Shown in pieces: positions 13,192 to 25,200 of a DNA stretch of 64,000 bases; positions within the stretch are counted from its first letter, which is position 1, and the number at the start of each line of letters is the position of its first letter. Source of the DNA: Podarcis melisellensis (taxonomy: Eukaryota); NCBI GenBank assembly GCA_964234715.1, contig OZ174280.1; one strand, 5' to 3'. Position numbers and translations under genes: made by a program. A model generated the notes under the pieces. That model did not search any database. It had not been told where the DNA came from and saw nothing but the letters and a program-made list of their open reading frames with translations.

Positions 13192-14339
13192 CACTAGAGT
13201 AACAAGGAGGTAAAGGACTATCTCCTAAGGTGGACAGGCCGAGTCCCATAGTCAGGCCGTATATCAAATGCACCTAATCTCTTATGGTACTCAAGACCAA
13301 GTGCTGCCACCTATATGACTCTCTTACTATTAAAACTCAGACTTGTCATGGTGTTGTTCACAAGTGACACTTGTGTCCCAAGCACTCATGCCAGAGAGTA
13401 AGTTCTATTGTACTCAGGGTGCTTCCAGAAATGGGGCTTCGTATTGTAATAGGGTAGTTTAGATATTGCAGATGGGTTGTTGGCAACAGTTTTTTTTTAA
13501 CTTTACTCACCCCTCTCATCTGAACAGGTAAATCTGGATTAAATAAGGGTTAAATACACACTGGTGTTTTGAAGCTATGCATGCTGTGAAAACTCTGCAT
13601 GCATCCCACTATAAACACTGGCAGTACCCTCAGTGTATCTTACTTATAAGGACAACTTTTAGCCTGTAACACATTTTCACAATAGAGTTTGGAAAGGACC
13701 TATGAACTTCACTTGGGATATGTGTGCAGTATGTAGGTGTTGTCAATTCAGCGCTGCAACCAGATGAGAAATCAAATGTTGTCCTGACCTGTAGCAGCCA
13801 ATGTAGGCTTGACTTCAGCGTTACAGACTAATTTAAGCAAGAGGTGATTTAAATGTAAAGGTGGTGGGGAATATCAAGGTACTAAAACAAACAAACGAGA
13901 TCACACCTTTAGTGTTACATGTGAATATGTCTATGAACAGACAGATAAAAGCAGTACCATTAGCACTGCAGGCCAATTTAAGCCTTTACAAAGGAGAATG
14001 TTGAATGCTGTTGATGTGGGAGAAAGCAGAAGAGCTGTTTTTAAATCGAAGAAATCACAGAAATGGAAAGGCAGATTTAAGCATTATTGGTGAAAAGAAC
14101 TCCATCCTAGACGGGATGTGCTCGCTCACCCCCAACCACCCTGAGTTTGAAACGCGAAAACAGCTCGACCCTAACCTCCCCGACCCCCTTCGCCAGCTCC
14201 CAGCCAAAGTTCATGCCTTGCTCGGTGTGGGGCAGGAGGGGGGGTGACGGACGGGCTCATCCCTGAGCAGCTGTGCGTCCCAGCTGTGGACTCCATTTCC
14301 CAGGCTTCCTCCCTGCCCTAATGTATTCCGTTCTCAGGC

Positions 14340-14351
14340 CGGCTCTGTGCC

Positions 14352-14397
<46 letters not shown>

Positions 14398-14705
14398 TGT
14401 GTGTTTGAGAGCGAGAGCGAGCGTGAGTGTGTGTGAGTGAGAGAGAGAGAGAGCAGCTAGGAGTCCCTGGGAGAGTGGAGGCTCATTCACTGATTAGAGG
14501 CAGCTTCGAGAGGCAGCGCTGCGCTCTCCTTGGCTCCCAGCAGCCGTGTCAGGCTCCTGCTCACTCCCATGCTGGCCGAAGGCGCTTGCACACACGCGCC
14601 GGGCTTAGCACGTCCGGCTCTCCTCCCCGCGCAGCGACAGACCAGGCTCTCGCTCTCCGCAGCCTGACATTAAAGGGGGACGCCACCTCTCGAGGAATTT
14701 CCACG
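14340..14705 (+). other. RNF220: Predicted first (5' UTR) exon of RNF220; TSS approximate
   Basis: Lies in the CpG island and ends at a strong donor, CCACG|GTGAGT (14705/14706). The 6.8-kb spacing to exon 2 resembles the recalled human layout of a non-coding exon 1. Confidence 0.65.
14352..14452. repeat. Compound (GT)n/(GA)n microsatellite at the promoter
   Basis: Direct reading: alternating GT and GA tracts. Confidence 0.95.
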
Positions 14706-17700
14706 GTGAGTAGCGGGAGATCCCAGGGGTGCATGCGAGGAAGCCAGGGGTGCATGGTGCATTGTTTGTGCGCGCGCGTGTTTGTGCCTAAACGTATGTG
14801 TCGACCTAACTTTCCAGCAGGGGATCTCCGGGGTTTCGATTCAGTTCTCTGCCCTCGTACTTTCCCCCCTTTCTTCTTCTTCTTCTTCTTCTTTTTTACT
14901 TCTCTTGCAAATGCGGGCGCCGATGTTTCGAAAAGTCAAACTTTATGAACCAAGTTTGCCTCTCCATTTTTTTCTCCACGCCCAGCTCCTCGGCGCAAAA
15001 TTCCCACGGAAGAAGATGCTCATCGGGGTCCAGGGGTGGGGATGCTGAAAAAGCGCACACGCGGGGGGGGGGGGGGTTGGAATCTTAATGAGTGTTTTTT
15101 TTTAAACAACAACAAAAATCTGATCAATATGGTGCCCCCTCCCCTTTTAAGGGTAGCTGTGTTCCCGGGACTTTCCTCCTCCTCCTCCTGCTGTTTATTT
15201 TACTGGGGAGGGGGTGGGAAGCAGGCGACACGGGGAGGGGGCTGGGTGGGATCAGGTGCCGGGGGAAGAAGCCTGCAAAACGCAGCCGAAAACCGCGCGG
15301 CTCCAATTAGCGCAAACAACATTTAGTTTTAAAAAGGAGAAAGAGAAGAGCGGGGGGGGGGGAGAAGCGATCCCCGTGCAAGCCCGGGAGATACTTCCCG
15401 GCTTTCCTTCGCGTGTCCCACGGTCTTTGGCTGAAATAACGCAGTTTCCCCAAACAATACCCAAGACTCGGGGTGGGGGGTGGGGTGAAGAGGACCTTCG
15501 TCGAAAGGGACAAGCCTGCTAGTCTCCCTCTGACACGACCTAGGTAGATATTATTTTTTGCACAAAACTCAAAAGGTTTAAAAATCCAGCATTTGCTCTG
15601 TGCGTAGAAAGCACCGCATAGAGTCAGGATCGTCTTTCCCCTATCAGCTTTCAGTTTTACTACGGAACGGGCGCACATGTGAACTTTGAGTATTAGAAAT
15701 TACATAACCGCAATTAAGGCGTACTTTCCGCCTTTTTCCCCCTCCTCCTTTTGTCCCAAGTTCCTTTTCGCTGCCGCGATGGTTGCGCACGTGAAATGTT
15801 TGCAGTTTGGAGGAAAGGTTGAAGTTCGGACAAACAACTCTCCTTCCTTCAAAGAAAGTCCCTCTCCGCCTGCATTTTTATCTCCGAGATGCAAAACAAT
15901 TTTTTAAAAAATTGGTCGTTAGTTGTATGTTTGCAATTATTCTCCTGCAATGAATAGCATAGCAAAAGCGATGTTGTGTTGTAGGGTCAACACCGGTGCA
16001 AGTGAGCAAATAGAGAACCCGGCTGGGAACCCGGTTGGCGAGAGGAAGTGGAAGGAAATTGGAATATGCATGTTTAGCTGGGCTTCCTTAGCAAAACTTT
16101 CTTCACATTTTCAGCCCGAAGCCGAGGAACGGCCAGCTTTTGAAATGAAACAACAGCAGCCGCTGCTTGCAGCGGGGTAGGGAAGTCAGTACAGAGGTTG
16201 CAAGGAAGGGGAAATAATTCCTCACCTTGTAGAGCGAAATACATAAAAAACATCTGCTTGGGCACAATGAAATCATTAGGCAATGTCCAGTTCAGGAGTT
16301 GCATTGAATGCTTTCGCCTTCCAGGCAGGAAACGTGCAGGGAAGGAATTGTTGCAATAAATTCAAACAGCACGAGGCATCCGCACATTTGATGAGCTTTG
16401 TTTAGTATTTTAAAAAGAAAACGAGCCTTGAACAGACTGCAGAGATTGCGGTGAAGGGAGATAGATCTCTGCTCCCACTCCACTCCACCCGCCCCGCACA
16501 TATTTCCTGGAAGGAATGAAAAATTTGATTCCTTTGCAAAGTTGCGAAACCGATTTTGCACAGTTATTATTCTTATTATTATTTTTTCTTTTGTCGATGC
16601 AGAGCATTTGGCGGGGGTGTTCAGTGAAAAAAGTGACCAGGCGTGGCCGAGCGGGCGTATTAGCGGGGAATTAGTTTCCGATTCCTGTATCTCTCCAATG
16701 CACTTTCTGAAATCTCTACCCACTTTTTTCTTTTTTTATCCCCGATGTGGAGAGGACAGTGTGTATATAAAACATGGTTTGAAGTTGTAGTAAGCCGACC
16801 GAATTCTTTTCGTGCTCAGTTTAGGCACCGGGAAAAGGACAAACACCTGTTTTGATTTGCAACTGCAGAAAGTGGGAGAAGGGCGGGTTAAAGCTCCTCC
16901 TATGAAATTAAAAGCGTGCTTGTTTTCTGCTTTTGCTGGAAAATGGAGATTTCTGGAACAGAACTTTAAGATCCAAATCGATCAAGTATTATTTCTCTAC
17001 CAGAAAACTTAAGAGTTTGAATAGTTTAATTTTACACTCCACCCCCCCCCGCCGCCGCTTAACTGGGGAAGCGTTGTGCGTCCATCTCGTGCCCCTTTTT
17101 GGGTCGGGACTGGAGGATGAGATGAAGGCCCCACAATTTGCAGATCAGAACCTCCTTACTTTGTGTTGTTTACCGATGGTTAACAAACGCCTTTTGGCGG
17201 CTTCGACTTCTGCAAGTTATTACTTTGCTTAACAAAAGAAGGATGCATTTTGCAGGGGTAGGGTGGAAATCTGTTATCTGTTTTAGTACCTTGGCCCGTC
17301 CCCGTACTTGAATTTTATTTTCCTTGTTATTTTTTTGTTGTTGCAAAGCGGGCGGGGGGGTGTCGCAAAGCGAATTGGGGAGAGGCGAGGCGGCTCCTTT
17401 GTTGTTGCGCCAAGGGGCCCGATTCACCATTGGTTTCATATAAATGTGAATAGATCTTCGTACTTTCCGAACTGGCATTTTGGTCGCCGAAAAGGCAGTG
17501 CCCTTATTCCGCCTCGCCCCCTATCCCGGCCACCGTCTCATAATCCAGTTTGGACACCCACAATTCCAAAACCATCCTGATGTTTAGTGACAAGGAATAC
17601 AGACCTATAGATTTTCTTAATTCAACACTGGGATCTCCTGCTTGTTCTTGTCCTCAGTCTTGCATTTGTTTTCATTTATTAGGAGGAAATCCAGTTTAGT

Positions 17701-18740
17701 TTGAATAAATAATCCAGTTGCACACTAATTCCCCCCAACAGCTGGGATAGTTTTGTTTTATATTATCAGGATTTTCTCAGTAGGAATAAATCTCCAAATT
17801 CCTGCTTCTAAAATTATGTGATTAGAAAGTAACAAGAGCTCAACCTGTAGTTTCCAACTCTCTGTTCTTTCCTAACAGCTTGAACTCTTAAAGAAAAAGT
17901 TATTTCTTTCTCTCCGCAAACTGCAGGAATTTTTTTTTATTCCGTTATTTTATTTATTGGAATTGGGAAATAGCAGGAGGATCACAAAAATGCAACCTGT
18001 TTTAGTAGTACGGGATGTGTCGTTTATATGTTTTAATTAAGAATGGCAAAGTAATTTGTTACACAGAAACTCTGCCTTGCTTTTCTGGGTTCTGTATATT
18101 AATATAAAATTTATATTAATTAGCAAATGAGTTTTCCACCTGCAGCTTGTGACCAACTCTGTTTATCCACTTGCATGATGGCTAGAAGGATGCATGGTGA
18201 ATTCTGCATTATCTTAGCCTCTCTTCATTTTAGTAGTTCTCCTCTGGGGTAATTAAAAATAACATTATAATAATTAATAAACAGAGCAACCAAAACCTAA
18301 GCTGTGCATAACATGTTAGATTTTGTTCTAAGTTGTGGGTTTGTTTTTGTTATGAATAAAGGCTGAAGCTTTTAATTGGGATTCTCTTGGTCTTGCCGCT
18401 TCACTTTGCATTTAAGTAATCGGTGCAAATGATGGGTGTTCTTGCAAGGAATCATGCTTATCCATAAACCCAAATGGTGATTTTGAAAATATAAGTAAAC
18501 AATTTTTAAAAATTATTAATATTATTATTATTTGTGTGCTGATCTAACTCGGATACCCAGTGGACAGTTTATGTAGCTTCATAGATTTATCTCCACCCCC
18601 ATGGCCTCCTCCACTCCTTGTTTAGTTAATTTAACAAAGACTTTTTGCAATCTGTTTGGAGTTTGTCTGATGCCATGGAAAAGTATCTGCTGATTTATTT
18701 GGTTGCTTTTCGATTTCTGTCGCTAGACCGTCTTTTCTCT

Positions 18741-18936
18741 NNNNNNNNNNNNNNNNNNNNNNNNNNNNNNNNNNNNNNNNNNNNNNNNNNNNNNNNNNNN
18801 NNNNNNNNNNNNNNNNNNNNNNNNNNNNNNNNNNNNNNNNNNNNNNNNNNNNNNNNNNNNNNNNNNNNNNNNNNNNNNNNNNNNNNNNNNNNNNNNNNNN
18901 NNNNNNNNNNNNNNNNNNNNNNNNNNNNNNNNNNNN
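18741..18936. other. Assembly gap (N run)
   Basis: Run of N. Confidence 1.
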
Positions 18937-21485
18937 CCGCTCCCTTCCAGTCACCCAAATGTTTCATCAGGCTGGTTATCCTGCAATCCATATTTTTTTA
19001 ATTAAGCAGGTCAGTTAGTTTTCTTATTTTGGGTTCCATATTTAAAAACCAATGACATTTTGACATTGGGAGTGTATTATCTATAGATTTTCATAATGAC
19101 TGGCCTTGCCGCAGCCTCATCTGTACATGCTCCTAATGATGGTGGTGATAGGGGATAATCGTGTGGGGCAAAGAGATGGTGGAAAAGAAGGTAAGAGACA
19201 AGGAGAAAATGGGGGAGAAAAGGATGCAGGAGGTTTTTTTTTTAAAAAAAATAAACTTGGCTTGGTGCAATATCGTAATATGTTGATTTATTCTCTATGT
19301 AATGAAGTTTGCGAACGAATAGGGCGATTGGAGTGATTCACAGTATTCTACAAGGAGTGTCAAGTGTGGCTTCCAGATTACTAATTTATGAAATACATTT
19401 AACGTAATGAGGTGACAGTGGAAGTAAAAATAGAAAAGCAGGCACAGAGGCATTAGTAGTGTGCTCTCACCCCCCTCATTTATTTAAATCCTAGAAAGGC
19501 TATGGTTTTCCCTCAGTCCCATGGGTCAATTCAGATATTAATAGTGTATTTATGTATTTATCTGGGTAGGGTGTTCCCCTCCCTTTAAAAATAATTGAAA
19601 ATGAGCATTCAGGTCTCCTATCCCCTGCTTCACCTTCACCTATTATTGCAGTTTTTTGCTTTAAATTTGTTTGCTTGCTTTTCTGTGACAAATCAGCTAT
19701 GCAGAAAACAGTGCAGAAGGTAACTCCGAAAGAAGGCCGACCAGATTCTCCGTGGCACCTTTCTGTCCATGGCTAGTACTTGACGGAAAGTTATTTAAAA
19801 TTTGGAAGCGACCAAAACTTTGTTAATGTGAGATCTATAATCTGGTGATTTAGCCCTGATCTGTATCAGGAAGGGAGCCAAATGAGGAAGAGGCAAGATG
19901 ATGCCCTCTCATCTTCACACTTAATAACAGTCACTGAGCGTCTGGATACAGAATGGGAGAAAAGGAAATGTTACTGCTGGACAGCATGAAAGGCGCAGTC
20001 AGGATTCCACAGAGTTTGTTAACCTAGCCTTGCTCATTCACAGAATACAAAAGCCACTCCATTAGAAAAGAGACTCTTTCAGTAAGTTTTATTTGCTATG
20101 TCTGACCTTCTGGATCTAACAGGCACATTTTGTAACGGCTTTTTTATTATATGATTTTTTTGTGGCCTTTTGAGTGCCGCAAGGCTAGCACATTGTTTTA
20201 AAGTAACAGTTCTCTTACATTCAAGTGCATTGTGGCATTCTGAATGGTTGGCAGTGGAAGCTTAAAAAGTGGAGGGGGGGTGGATTCTAGGTTGAAGAGG
20301 AGAGAACGTGATTTTGATTTCAACTCTAAAAAGGGTTAGAGGGAAAGTTAATTTTATTATTTATACATACATGTAAATGTAAATATCTGTACTGATACTT
20401 TGCGAGTGGGGATGATAGGTTACTTAAAATTTGTAAGTAATTTCAAGGAAAAGCAAACCTAGACGTTTTGTTAACATTTTTCTCTAAATGCTAAATCCAG
20501 GACAGTTTACAAATCTACTTAAGCATGAGCGCATTAGGAAGTAAAATTACTGATCCGTTTTGTGCTGTCCTCAACCTAAAAGGCAGATGCTTGCAAGAGA
20601 TCATATGGCACTGGCTCCCATTATGATTTTAAATATTGTCAGAGACGCCAAGCACTTTATTGATGAAGTTGCTGCTGCTTTCGTAAAAGCACACAAACAC
20701 CACATGGAACAATTCAGAGAAATGTATAAGAGAGGCATGTTTATGCCCACATGCACCATTGAATATAAAGTGAAATCTATAACTTGTATGTATATCTGCA
20801 CAGGTAAATATTCACATGGGCCTCTTCAACAGAAAACAGATACGGTTTCTACATTATTTTTTCTTAATGGGCAGATATATGCAGAAATGCTTGTTTGTAA
20901 ATTGTGAATAACTTACCAAATTTTTAAAATAGTAATTACTTTCTTTAAACATAATAACCTAAAATTGCCACCACTGATTTCCACAGTCCAATATTTCCCC
21001 CAAAATTTTTGTCTGTAAGGAGTCAGGTCATTGGCCTTTCATTTGCTCATTAAAGATTGTTTTCATCCCATATAGCCCTTATTCAGAGCATTCAGTCCCC
21101 ACAAACCACTCATTCTGAACATGCACTAGTTTCTTGCCCTTCTTACAGCAGAAGGTGAGGTCAGAGCAAGTTGCACTACCTGCATGAACCACAGAGTAGT
21201 GTTGGTGTGTGGAAAAGTGCCCCATTTTATCTACTTTTAGTGGGGATCTTCTCTTGACTTCAAAGTTTGGTGCTAAAGCTGGTAGCAGGAGAAAGACTTG
21301 TGCTGACACACCCTTAGAGGGAGTTAGAGACCCTTCTAGTTATTTGTGAACTTTCCTGAAAGAGAACACATGGAGGTTTGGTTCTTTGCTCATACAATTT
21401 TCTTGTTGCATTCATGATAGATAACTGTCCAGGATTGAATGGCAATTAACTATTTCCTCCCCTTTCCCCTTCTTTTTCTCCACAG

Positions 21486-21602
21486 CTTTGGAACAGTGAT
21501 GAAGCCTCAGTGAGACCCCCCAGCTCTACTCCCAGACGTTGCTTTGTTTTCCATCCAGGGAAGACCGTTTTCCTTGCGGCCCTGTCAAGGAAAGAGACTC
21601 CG
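21486..21602 (+). other. RNF220: 5' UTR portion (117 nt) of RNF220 exon 2
   Basis: Long polypyrimidine tract followed by CACAG| acceptor ending at 21485; ATG at 21603. Confidence 0.88.
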
Positions 21603-22227
21603 ATGGACTTACACCGGGCAGCCTTCAAGATGGAAAACTCCTCCTACCTTCCCAATCCTCTGGCATCTCCAGCCCTGATGGTTCTCGCTTCTACCGCTGA
21701 AGCAAGCCGCGATGCTTCCATCCCTTGCCAGCAGCCAAGGCCCTTTGGTGTTCCAGTATCGGTGGACAAGGATGTGCACATCCCATTCACTAATGGCTCC
21801 TATACTTTTGCCTCCATGTATCACCGACAAGGTGGTGTGCCAGGAGCATTCACCAACCGTGATTTTCCACCTTCCTTGCTGCATCTGCACCCCCAGTTTG
21901 CTCCCCCCAATCTGGACTGCACCCCAATCAGCATGCTGAACCACAGTGGCGTTGGGGCCTTCCGTCCCTTTGCCTCCACTGAGGACAGGGAGAGTTACCA
22001 GTCAGCTTTTACACCTGCCAAGCGTCTGAAGAACTGCCATGACACTGACTCTCCCCACCTTCGCTTCTCAGACGCTGATGGCAAGGAGTATGAGTTTGGA
22101 GCCCAGCTCCCATCTGGCTCCCCCGGCTCCCTCAAAGTCGATGACACGGGGAAAAAGATCTTCGCTGTCTCTGGCCTCATTTCGGATCGGGAGACCTCAT
22201 CCAGTCCCGAGGACCGAAATGATAGAT
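21603..22227 (+). CDS. RNF220: E3 ubiquitin-protein ligase RNF220, first coding exon (208 codons + 1 nt, phase-1 donor)
   Basis: MDLHRAAFKMENSSYLPNPLASPALMVLASTAEASRDASIPCQQPRPFGVPVSVDKDVHIPFTNGSYTFASMYHRQGG...SSSPEDRNDR is near-identical to the recalled vertebrate RNF220 N-terminus. Donor AGAT|GTAAGT at 22227/22228. Confidence 0.96.
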
Positions 22228-25200
22228 GTAAGTACCTCAACTTTGCTTAGCTGGGGCAGAAAAATGTTCAACAGCTATGTTTTGCAATGCTAGGAGGTGT
22301 CATAATACTTGTGCTCCTGTTTTTTCCTTTAAACTTATGATAATGGGTTACAGAGGGAGGGGGATTGAAGGGAATCTACGCAAGGAAGCTGTTATTCTCA
22401 TACTAGATTGGGATGCTGAGTCACAGAAAAATGACCAACATTCCAGAAATGGGAGGGAATCTCTATGTTGTGAATGCATTGGAGGTTGTCTCCCTGTAGT
22501 TACGGAGGAACATTTGTTCCAGACCACTTGCCTATTCCATGATTGTTGCCCTACTGTCTTGTTGCACTCCCTTCCCTTCCTCCCGCCCCAACCCTTTCCC
22601 TCACATATTTGTCTCCGGTTGTAATCAGTGCACCATTATTTGCTCCCCTGATCAGTGTAAAGGCATTATTATTGGATGCTTAGCGTAAGCTAACTTAAGC
22701 CCTTTCATCAAAGCAGAGAAAGAAAGAGAGCTGGTGATGCTCTAGGCAAGGAGATCACCCTGCCCCAATAACTATTAAATGGGCAGAGATGTTTCCTGCA
22801 GTTCCTTCTTCAAATTCAGAAGTGATATTATTTTTTGCAGGCCGGGAGCCAAGCTGAAGCCAGCCTGTATAGTATTTGTTTGGGGAGCAATGCCTGTTGC
22901 AGCATTCCTCTCCCACAGCTCACCCCCTTGGTCATTAAGTGCCATGAGCTCCCCACCTAAGAAGTGGAAGATAAGGCAGTATTTGGCTTAGGATGGTCCG
23001 CTCCAAATTCAAATGCACAGCTTAGATGTTGAGCTGAGATTCCCCCCCCCCTTTTGTTCGTTCTTGTGGGACCTTGTCCCCTCCCGCTTATTTTCCTCCC
23101 GCTTATTTTCCATGGAAGAACCAGCCAATTATTTATTTTTTTAAAAAACTTCTACGTAGCTTCCCAGTTACCCCTTGGATACCATTTTTCTTCTGCTCCT
23201 TTATGATGCCGAGGAGAGTAATAGAGACGTTGTTGCGCTCTCTCCCCTGTCGGTGCTGCTTCCTCGGGCTGTCTCCTTGAATTAGGCACTGTGTTAACTT
23301 CCCAGTGCTACGAGGCATCTGCCGAAAGCCTGCGTACCTTGTCAATAAAAGTCACCATAAAATCAACCTGCCTTGTAAATCCATCGCTCTTTGGTTTTGA
23401 AATATGCCATGAGTGTGTCTTTTATGTCAACGTTTGTAAGTGTGGAATGATTCCCTCTTGAAGACAGAAGCTACATGTTGCACTACAGACGTGTGCGCTC
23501 TTTTTTGCCCCAGAGCGGCTTAAGCTGTGTGAGAAGAACTACTTGCATGTGCTTTTTGGTCTTTGATACCTGTGTGCAACAGTTAAATGTGTGTGTGTGT
23601 AAGAGAGAGTGAGTGAAGTAGGGAAAACATTAATAAAAGGAGGAAAGAAGAGATGTATCATGTTCCCAATTATATGTTTAAACTCCATACGAATATAAAA
23701 TTCACTCAGATCATGCACACTGGAAGATAAAAATAGTGTAAAAAGCTGGCTTGCCAATTCAGTATGTCTAGAGCATATTGAAGATTGCATGTTGCTAACT
23801 CCTGTCAAAAACCAGTATAAAATACCTTATATTAATAATTTGACAATATTTAGAAAGAGGATATGACGGTGGGCACATCTGTGTTTACATGTACTCACAC
23901 ACATTGTCTGTCTTCCTCTGTTCAGAAAGGACGTATCTTCCTTTCACTGACTTTGTTGTTAGGAGTACTGATGAATTCCCAGATAGTAAATAGATGAACC
24001 TCATTAAAATATGCCATCTAACGGGGGCTGGGGTGGGGAGGGTTTAAGGAGGAAGTTTTGGAAACACACATTGAAAGTTGGAATAAAATCTGTGCAGACG
24101 GTTTGAAAGGTGTCAAGATACAGAACGTTTTTCTTCCTTGATTATCCGTTTGTTGCCATAAAAAACATATAAATTATTTTGAATTTATAAAGCTCTTGTG
24201 GGAACAAAACAAAAAACGACTTTTTACCCAATAGGCTAGGTAAAGTGCATATTAATGGAGACTGACCAGGTTCAGCTCTAGTCCCGAATATTGCACCTCA
24301 TCTAGTTAAAACTTTATTTTAACAGGCAAGGGTTTTAGAGGTATTTTATTGAAACTTCGTGCATGCGTGTGAGCGAGAGAGCATTGTTGCAGCTACTTAC
24401 GACCTTCAGATACCCTTGGCATGTTTAGATATTATTTCATAGGATATATATTTGTGGACATTTCAGTATTTTGGAGAAGAGTGGGGTGTATGTTCCATGT
24501 ATGAAAGGTTCTTTGTTGATAGCTAATAGAATGTGTCTAAGGGCTGAAATAGCTTTCTAGTGACACCACAGCTCTGAACAAAATTAGAGATATTTGCATG
24601 TATGTAAATGTGTCCTTACGGGCTTTTATAAATACCTGGTCATTGGCCCCTAAAAAGCTGTCTCCGTTTTCTTGCGCAAACAGTATATACAAACCTTTCC
24701 TGTGAAACAAGGATTCTTTTCACCACCACCCTAACATACATTGCAGATAAATGGTTGTATAGACAGGCTGGTCGGCAAAAGTGTATTGATGGAGGTAGTA
24801 AAAGCCATCAGATCAGCAAACCCTTTATGCCTCCAATAGACACCCTACAGAATTGCCGGACTGTACTGTTTATTTGTATTCTCCCAAATACTGCAATGGA
24901 ATCATACCACATGACGGGTGAATAACTTTAATTGCAACACATAACGTTCCTTGTGCCGCCACCAACAGACTAAATTCCATTTTTTGTTTGTGTCTTGTAA
25001 TTTCAAAGTTGGATTTCTCACTAACTGGTTCATTTGATTTTAAGAAGGGGAATGCTACACAGTGGGTTTGTAGGGTGTGGTTTTTTTGTTTGTTTGATAA
25101 AAAAAACACACCTAAAGACAAAGCTGTCCAAGGTGTTCTACAATATAAATAACAGGGCTTGATGAAGGAAATGTGTGGCTTTGTAGAGATATAAATGTGG

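Larger units (their letters stand above)
14100..17550. promoter_or_regulatory. RNF220: CpG island spanning the RNF220 promoter, exon 1 and the start of intron 1
   Basis: Abrupt rise in CpG and GC density, with no recognisable transposons, about 7 kb upstream of the first coding exon. Confidence 0.85.

Noticed and set aside
1-14000. Exons of a neighbouring gene (ERI3 is the recalled upstream neighbour in mammals)
   Set aside because: No recognisable coding exon or second CpG island in this interval.
14427-14948. 173-aa ORF as an independent gene
   Set aside because: GTG start inside a microsatellite, runs through the donor into a (TTC)n tract, and matches no recognisable family. Only its exon 1 part is considered, as a possible N-terminal extension.
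18631-19001. ORFs spanning N runs (also 46282-46735)
   Set aside because: Artefacts of assembly gaps.
14664-21513. Both uORF stops overlap in-frame CTG/GTG codons (apparent stop-start coupling)
   Set aside because: Any TGA in the +1 frame automatically creates an NTG in frame 0, so the overlap carries no information.
21510-22250. The 246-aa ORF as a complete single-exon gene
   Set aside because: It starts at a GTG in the UTR and reads past the GTAAGT donor at 22228. The real coding part is 21603-22227.
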